Of a stretch of 64,000 nucleotides of DNA, positions 58,827 through 64,000 are shown piece by piece. The DNA lies in assembly GCA_963674705.1 (NCBI GenBank), contig OY771506.1:2016001-2080000 (forward strand), read 5' to 3'. The notes beneath the pieces are model-generated. The model was not told the DNA's origin and did no database searches. It worked only from the letters and a program-made list of their open reading frames with translations. The DNA is from Phycisphaeraceae bacterium (GTDB lineage: Bacteria > Planctomycetota > Phycisphaerae > Phycisphaerales > Phycisphaeraceae). The position numbers were made by a program, and so were the translations under genes. Within the stretch, counting starts at the first letter, position 1, and the number at the start of each line of letters is the position of its first letter.

Positions 58827-60566
58827 GTGGCAAATAGCATCCTGTTAGAACTGGCCGAGGGGGTTCAACGGCAAGCCGAGGTTGAAGGCTCATCGCTTTC
58901 CGATGATTGGCTGGATGCTGACAGCGTGAGTCGGGCGCGTGATCCGCTTGCCTTACTGATTAAGAGTGCGAATGAAAAGGGCGTGAGTGAGGCGGCGGTG
59001 TGTCGCGCTGTGGCAGACGTATTAGGCGTGCCTTATATAGATAGCCTGGCGGGTTGTGCGGTATCGGCTGACTTCATGGATGCGATCCCGATCCACTTCG
59101 CCCGCAGGCATCAGGTCGTGGGGCTCGCTGGTGGGGCGAATGATGAACTCGAACCGATCACAGTGGCGACGGCATCACTGAGCACGGTTGATCGTGTATA
59201 TGAACTGAGCCGGTTCCTCGGACGCAAGGTGCGGCCGGTGATTGCGACTTCCAAGCAGATCCAGGCATCGATCAACGTGGCATATCAGAAACAGGAGGGG
59301 CAGGCGAAAACCTTTATCGATCAGATCGATCGCAGCGATGTACTGGATGAAGTCTCGCGTTTATCAGAGCATGAAGACCTGCTCGATGTTGATAGCCGGG
59401 CCCCGGTGATTAAGCTGGTGAATCTGATTTTGTTTGAAGCAGTCAAGGCGCGCGCTTCGGATGTGCATATTCAGCCGTATGAAGAAACGCTAGTCGTGCG
59501 TTTGCGGATTGATGGCGTGTTGTACGACACGTTCGATGTGCCCAAGCACCTTCAGGATGAAGTCATCAGCCGGATGAAGGTGATGGGGAAGATGAACATC
59601 GCCGAGAAGCGTCTTGCACAGGATGGTCGTGCCGCGGTGCAGATCGGCGACCGGATTATTGATCTTCGCATCGCTTCGCTACCGACCAGTTTCGGGGAAC
59701 GGGTTGTGATCCGTCTATTAGATAAAAGCTCGGAGTTATTCACACTCACAGAGTTGGGCATGCCGGGCAAGACGCTTGAGCAGTTCCAGTCTCTTATCGG
59801 TTACGAGCATGGGCTGATCCTGGTGACGGGTCCGACGGGCAGCGGGAAGACGACGACGTTGTACGCTGCATTGCAGCAGGTAAACGCGACGGAGCGGAAC
59901 ATCCTGACACTTGAGGACCCGATCGAGTATCAGTTGCCGGGCATCAGCCAGACACAGGTGAGTGAAAAGAAGGGGCTGACGTTTGCACATGGATTGCGAA
60001 GCGTATTGCGTCAGGACCCGGATATCATCATGGTCGGCGAGATCCGCGATCACGAAACAGCGGTGATGGCGATCCAGTCCGCGTTGACCGGTCACCTGGT
60101 ATTTTCGACGTTGCATACCAATGATGCGCCCAGTGCGGTGACGCGTTTGCTTGATCTTGGTGTGGAGCCTTACCTGGTTGCAAGTTCGTTGGTGGGTGTG
60201 TTGGCGCAGCGGCTTGTCAGACGTGTATGCCGATCGTGCGTGACAGCATATGAGCCGACAGAGAGAGACTTGGTAAAACTGGGATTAAGTCCGGAGGATA
60301 CCGACACGGCTGGAATGCGCAGCGGCGGAGGGTGTGAGGTATGCCGACAAACGGGATACGTCGGGCGAGAAGGCATATTTGAACTGTTAACGGTAAACGA
60401 TGCGGTGCGTCATTTGATCCAGACGCGCGCCAGTGCATCGCAGATAGGCCGGGCCGCCGTAGAGTCGGGTATGGAAACATTGCGCGACGCCGGGCTGGAG
60501 AAAGTGAAGCGAGGCGTGACGACAATCGATGAAGTGGTGCGTGTGACGACGAGGATGCAAGCCTGA
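58827..60566 (+). CDS. gspE: Type II secretion ATPase
   Basis: ASDVHIQP, Walker A GPTGSGKTT, TLEDPIEY, LRQDPDIIMVGEIRD, STLHTNDA, CxxC...CxxC. Confidence 0.95.
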   Translation: MANSILLELAEGVQRQAEVEGSSLSDDWLDADSVSRARDPLALLIKSANEKGVSEAAVCRAVADVLGVPYIDSLAGCAVSADFMDAIPIHFARRHQVVGLAGGANDELEPITVATASLSTVDRVYELSRFLGRKVRPVIATSKQIQASINVAYQKQEGQAKTFIDQIDRSDVLDEVSRLSEHEDLLDVDSRAPVIKLVNLILFEAVKARASDVHIQPYEETLVVRLRIDGVLYDTFDVPKHLQDEVISRMKVMGKMNIAEKRLAQDGRAAVQIGDRIIDLRIASLPTSFGERVVIRLLDKSSELFTLTELGMPGKTLEQFQSLIGYEHGLILVTGPTGSGKTTTLYAALQQVNATERNILTLEDPIEYQLPGISQTQVSEKKGLTFAHGLRSVLRQDPDIIMVGEIRDHETAVMAIQSALTGHLVFSTLHTNDAPSAVTRLLDLGVEPYLVASSLVGVLAQRLVRRVCRSCVTAYEPTERDLVKLGLSPEDTDTAGMRSGGGCEVCRQTGYVGREGIFELLTVNDAVRHLIQTRASASQIGRAAVESGMETLRDAGLEKVKRGVTTIDEVVRVTTRMQA

Positions 60567-61783
60567 TGCCTGTTTTTGCGTACAAGGCGTTATTGAGTGG
60601 CGAACACGGACCGCAGGCCGTGACGGGCACACTCACAGCCGATTCACCCCGACAAGCACGGGACACGCTTCGATCGCGCGGCTACACCATCCAGCATGTC
60701 AGCGAGCACCGTGAAGCGATTGGTTACAGCCAATGGCTAAGAAAGCTGCCGGGGCGTAACTACCAGACACAAACCACGATATTTGTCGGCGAACTGTCAA
60801 CACTGCTGGGTGCGGGCATCCCGTTGATCGATGCGATCGACACGATCCTGAAACAGCTCAGCGGGGCGTTCCATAACGCTATCCTGCAACTGCGGGACCG
60901 TATCGCAGCAGGGACAGGTTTGGCCGAAGCGATGCGTGAGCAGCCGCGTGTGTTTGATGAGTTGACTGTGACGATTACGGAAGTCGGGGAAAACGCAGGC
61001 ACACTGGATACGGTGCTCGATCAATTAGCGCGGTTCAAGGAAAGATCTCTGCAATTCAAAGGGCGTATCGCCAATGCCTTGATCTACCCCTGCATCGTAC
61101 TGCTACTTGGGGTAGGCGTGAGTCTGTTTTTAATGACGTATGTGTTGCCTAACATGCTTAATGCATTGGTTGAGGCGGACCGTGAATTGCCTTGGATAAC
61201 GAAACTGGTCAAGGGCTTGAGTGATTTTCTGCTCTACCGTTGGTGGGCCGTGTTGCTGGTTGTTATGGCCGGTGTGCTGGTGTTTGGGATGGCATCGCGT
61301 TCGATGCGGTTAAAGATGCTTTGGCACAGGGCACAATTGCGATTGCCTGTACTTGGTGTACTGATCCGCAAACAGGCGATCGCGCGGATAGCGATGGTGA
61401 TGGCGACACTGCTGAAGTCGGGCGTGGAGTTTGTTCGTGCGATTCAGATCGCGCAGCGGACCACGCAGAATCTTGCCTTACGGCAGGCGATTGCGCAGTG
61501 TGAGGCCGCGGTGCAGGCCGGTCAGGACATCGCGGACGGGCTTGAAGATACCGGGGCGTTTCCCCCGACGGTGTTGCAGATCTTTTCTGTGGGTCAGCAA
61601 TCCGGCAAGCTTGAAGCGATGCTAGACAGGCTGGCCGGCGATTACGATCAGCAAGTGGCACTGGCATCACAACGTGTCGGGGCGATGCTGGAACCGATGC
61701 TTATTCTTGTCATGGTGATGATGGTGGGAGCGATCCTCTTCGCGACGATCCTTCCGATCCTGGAGACTGCCAATGTGTTGTAG
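60566..61783 (+). CDS. gspF: Type II secretion inner-membrane platform protein
   Basis: LSTLLGAGIPL, GENAGTLD, ALIYP, GQQSGKLEAML, LEPMLIL; follows gspE with an overlapping start. Confidence 0.95.
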   Translation: MPVFAYKALLSGEHGPQAVTGTLTADSPRQARDTLRSRGYTIQHVSEHREAIGYSQWLRKLPGRNYQTQTTIFVGELSTLLGAGIPLIDAIDTILKQLSGAFHNAILQLRDRIAAGTGLAEAMREQPRVFDELTVTITEVGENAGTLDTVLDQLARFKERSLQFKGRIANALIYPCIVLLLGVGVSLFLMTYVLPNMLNALVEADRELPWITKLVKGLSDFLLYRWWAVLLVVMAGVLVFGMASRSMRLKMLWHRAQLRLPVLGVLIRKQAIARIAMVMATLLKSGVEFVRAIQIAQRTTQNLALRQAIAQCEAAVQAGQDIADGLEDTGAFPPTVLQIFSVGQQSGKLEAMLDRLAGDYDQQVALASQRVGAMLEPMLILVMVMMVGAILFATILPILETANVL

Positions 61784-62225
61784 CGGTAAGCAAAATCAAA
61801 TACGAACGAGTCATAGACGACAAGCCTTTTCGTTGATCGAGATCCTTGCGGTGCTCGTGCTGATCGGGTTGGCGGCAGGGCTGATCGCTGTGAACGTCAG
61901 GCCGCTGATGTCCAAGGGCAAGCAGAACGCTGCCAAGTCGGATGTCAGCACGATCGTCAGTGCGCTCGAGGCGTATTACATGGCGGTTGGCGAATACCCG
62001 AGTAATGATGAAGGGCTCGAAGTCCTGAAGCAGAAGAACGAACACTTTGATGAACCGCTTCTGACTAAGGGATTGATCGATCCCTGGGGAAGGCCGTACC
62101 AGTACAACCAACCGGGTAGCGGTGATGAACCTTACGAAGTGTTCAGCTTTGGCGCGGATGGCCGAAGCGGTGGCGATGGACCGGATAAAGATATTCGCAG
62201 TGATGATGAACCGGAACAGGAATAA
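61773..62225 (+). CDS. gspG: Major pseudopilin
   Basis: AFSLIEILAVL; YPSNDEGLEVL; DPWGRPYQY; SFGADGRSGGDG...DI. Confidence 0.93.
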   Translation: MCCSGKQNQIRTSHRRQAFSLIEILAVLVLIGLAAGLIAVNVRPLMSKGKQNAAKSDVSTIVSALEAYYMAVGEYPSNDEGLEVLKQKNEHFDEPLLTKGLIDPWGRPYQYNQPGSGDEPYEVFSFGADGRSGGDGPDKDIRSDDEPEQE

Positions 62226-62744
62226 ATGCTACATTCCACCCAACGAGCATTTACACTTATTGAGGTGACAGCCGTACTGGTGCTGGTTGCTTTGCTATCG
62301 ACTGCGGCTGCTTTGTCGCTCAAGAGTGCTTATCGTGGTTCACAGATGAGCGACGTTGTCGCCCGCGTCAGTGCGATGGACCGGACGGCCCGGCGTCTAT
62401 CTATATCCCAAGGGACGGCTGGAAGCATCATTATCGATCAAGCGGAGGGAAGCCTGCGGTATAAGCAAGCGGGTAAGACGAAGGATGAATTGCTCCCCGT
62501 CGTGTTGCCCGCTGACTTTCAGATGACGTCGGTCTACATTATGGGTGCGGCTAAGCATGAACACACAGTCATACCGTGTTCGCGGGAAGGCAGGACGCCG
62601 AGTTATTCATTAACGCTTACAGGGCCCGGAGGATCATCGCATGTGCTGATGGTTGCCGGTTTAACCGGGCAGGTATTGGAATTGGAGCCGGATGCGAGCT
62701 TCGAAGTTGACAACTTGTTGTCCGCGCGGCCTGACACTGATTGA
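62226..62744 (+). CDS. gspH: Minor pseudopilin (GspH-like)
   Basis: AFTLIEVTAVLVLV; position directly after gspG. Confidence 0.7.
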   Translation: MLHSTQRAFTLIEVTAVLVLVALLSTAAALSLKSAYRGSQMSDVVARVSAMDRTARRLSISQGTAGSIIIDQAEGSLRYKQAGKTKDELLPVVLPADFQMTSVYIMGAAKHEHTVIPCSREGRTPSYSLTLTGPGGSSHVLMVAGLTGQVLELEPDASFEVDNLLSARPDTD

Positions 62745-63252
62745 AGTGGTGGCGGGTCTTGCGCTGATGGGCACGCTGTTGGCCGGGATGCTGACCGCCA
62801 AGAGCCGTTTTACGCGCCAACAGGTTCAATCACAGCGTGTGTTGGTTGCTGTTGAAGCACTGGATGCTTTACTCATCGAGCGTTGGGACGAGTTCCATGT
62901 AATACAGCGCGGTTCGCATGGCGACTTTGATGGTTTGGAAGACATGACCTGGCGAGCGTCAATTGTTACGAGCGGGGCGGCAAGCGACTGGCACTGTCGG
63001 GTTATCCGTATCGAGGTATTAGACCAGGTGGAGCGTTCGAGAGGTGAATCGCTTGCCAGTGTTGAACTCTTGGTGCCCGACCCCGTCTATCTGAAAGAGT
63101 TGGCGAATAAGGAGGATGCAGAAGCAGATAAAGAGCAGGACAATCCAGAAACACGGGAATCGCCGGGTGAGAAGCAGGAGCAAGAGAATGCGCCTGCTTT
63201 GCCGGATAATGAAGCAGAACCCGGGCCGGTTGTGCTGGGGGTATCCTTATGA
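62692..63252 (+). CDS. gspI: Minor pseudopilin (GspI-like)
   Basis: GLTLIEVVAGLAL; gene order. Confidence 0.65.
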   Translation: MRASKLTTCCPRGLTLIEVVAGLALMGTLLAGMLTAKSRFTRQQVQSQRVLVAVEALDALLIERWDEFHVIQRGSHGDFDGLEDMTWRASIVTSGAASDWHCRVIRIEVLDQVERSRGESLASVELLVPDPVYLKELANKEDAEADKEQDNPETRESPGEKQEQENAPALPDNEAEPGPVVLGVSL

Positions 63253-63818
63253 ATAGGTGTGGTGGCTTTACATTAATTGAAGCACTCGCCGCGACCGCGC
63301 TGGCGGCAATCATGATGACAGCCGTCATGACGGTTGTATCCGCACTTGCTCATGATGATTCACGGCAAGCCAATGAGTCTGAACGTGAATCGTGGCAACA
63401 GCGCATGATCGAGTTGGTTGAGCAAGACCTCCGCTACAGCGATTCGGTCACGGATCAGGGCGATGGTGTCCTGATGACAGGACATCTTTCGCTCGATCAA
63501 GATACGCTTACGCCGACACATCGGCCGGTGCAGGTTTCGTATCACATTCGTAAGTTTGCGGATAAATCCTGGTTGATCCGTTCGCAGACAGACCTAGAAA
63601 GCCGGGCATTGGACAATAGCTGGTCTGAGGTGGTGTGCTCGGGAGTCCGTGCTATTAAGGTGATGAATGCCCAGCAATCCACATCATCCGCCGCTAATGA
63701 TAAGGACCAAACAGATTCGTTGATAGATCAAGCAGTGGCAATGGATACCGCTGTCGTGACAATTGTCTGGGATACGCCGGATGAAGATGCAACGACGTTT
63801 AATCTTGTTTTACGTTGA
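63249..63818 (+). CDS. gspJ: Minor pseudopilin (GspJ-like)
   Basis: GFTLIEALAATAL; ...EQDLRY; gene order. Confidence 0.7.
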   Translation: MNRCGGFTLIEALAATALAAIMMTAVMTVVSALAHDDSRQANESERESWQQRMIELVEQDLRYSDSVTDQGDGVLMTGHLSLDQDTLTPTHRPVQVSYHIRKFADKSWLIRSQTDLESRALDNSWSEVVCSGVRAIKVMNAQQSTSSAANDKDQTDSLIDQAVAMDTAVVTIVWDTPDEDATTFNLVLR

Positions 63819-63821
63819 AGT

Positions 63822-64000
63822 ATGATGCAATGCAGCAGTAAAACATCCCGACGTGGCTTCATCCTGGTGCTGACCTTGATGCTTTTGTCCATCGCGGCGG
63901 TAGCGATGGCGGCGACGGCAAGGTCGAGCACCGATCAGGCGGTGGCTGCGGTTCAGGCGCGGCGTGATTTACAGCGGGCATGGGCCAATCGCAGCATCCG
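63822..64000 (+). CDS. gspK: GspK-like pseudopilin, runs off the window
   Basis: Hand translation MMQCSSKTSRRGFILVLTLMLLSIAAVAMA...; lacks Glu5, as is typical of GspK. Confidence 0.7.
   Translation, partial: MMQCSSKTSRRGFILVLTLMLLSIAAVAMAATARSSTDQAVAAVQARRDLQRAWANRSI

Noticed and set aside
56548..64000. Type IV pilus or competence operon
   Set aside because: Gene order D-E-F-G-H-I-J-K and the GspG motifs (DPWG..Y, S.GADG..GG) fit a T2SS; no pilT or pilM is in view.

Overview
The window looks like an accessory region of a Planctomycetota (probably Phycisphaerae) genome. This is inferred from PEP-CTERM proteins with dockerin-like tails, a prepilin-type gene inside a sugar locus and DUF2294/RRM genes. 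Five blocks are visible. (1) 1-10.5 kb: small stress/physiology genes (lmo0937-like, DUF2934, DUF2294/MpsC-like with a structured terminator-containing leader, desaturase, CBS, orphan GroEL, ankyrin, frameshifted B12 radical SAM, RRM, DCC1-like, TspO) ending in an IS-truncated ppc. (2) 10.5-17.6 kb: IS debris around a giant secreted pentraxin/TIM-barrel/FN3 protein. (3) 17.7-32.3 kb: a GntR-led glycan-utilisation locus (prepilin-type protein, LamG PEP-CTERM proteins, three sialidase-like BNR proteins, GH2, DapA-family aldolase, SSS transporter), lying between the left and right halves of one IS type. (4) 32.4-34.7 kb: nested IS elements. (5) 34.7-64 kb: the strongest candidate for a little-described system. 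A minus-strand cluster encodes two paralogous secreted helical proteins, a 1971-aa adhesin-like partner, a 3865-aa Sec-signal RHS protein with a PD-(D/E)XK nuclease tip and a likely immunity gene. It is transcribed divergently from a type II secretion operon (gspD-E-F-G-H-I-J-K). No rRNA, tRNA or CRISPR array was seen. All family calls come from motif recognition by eye; no searches were run.
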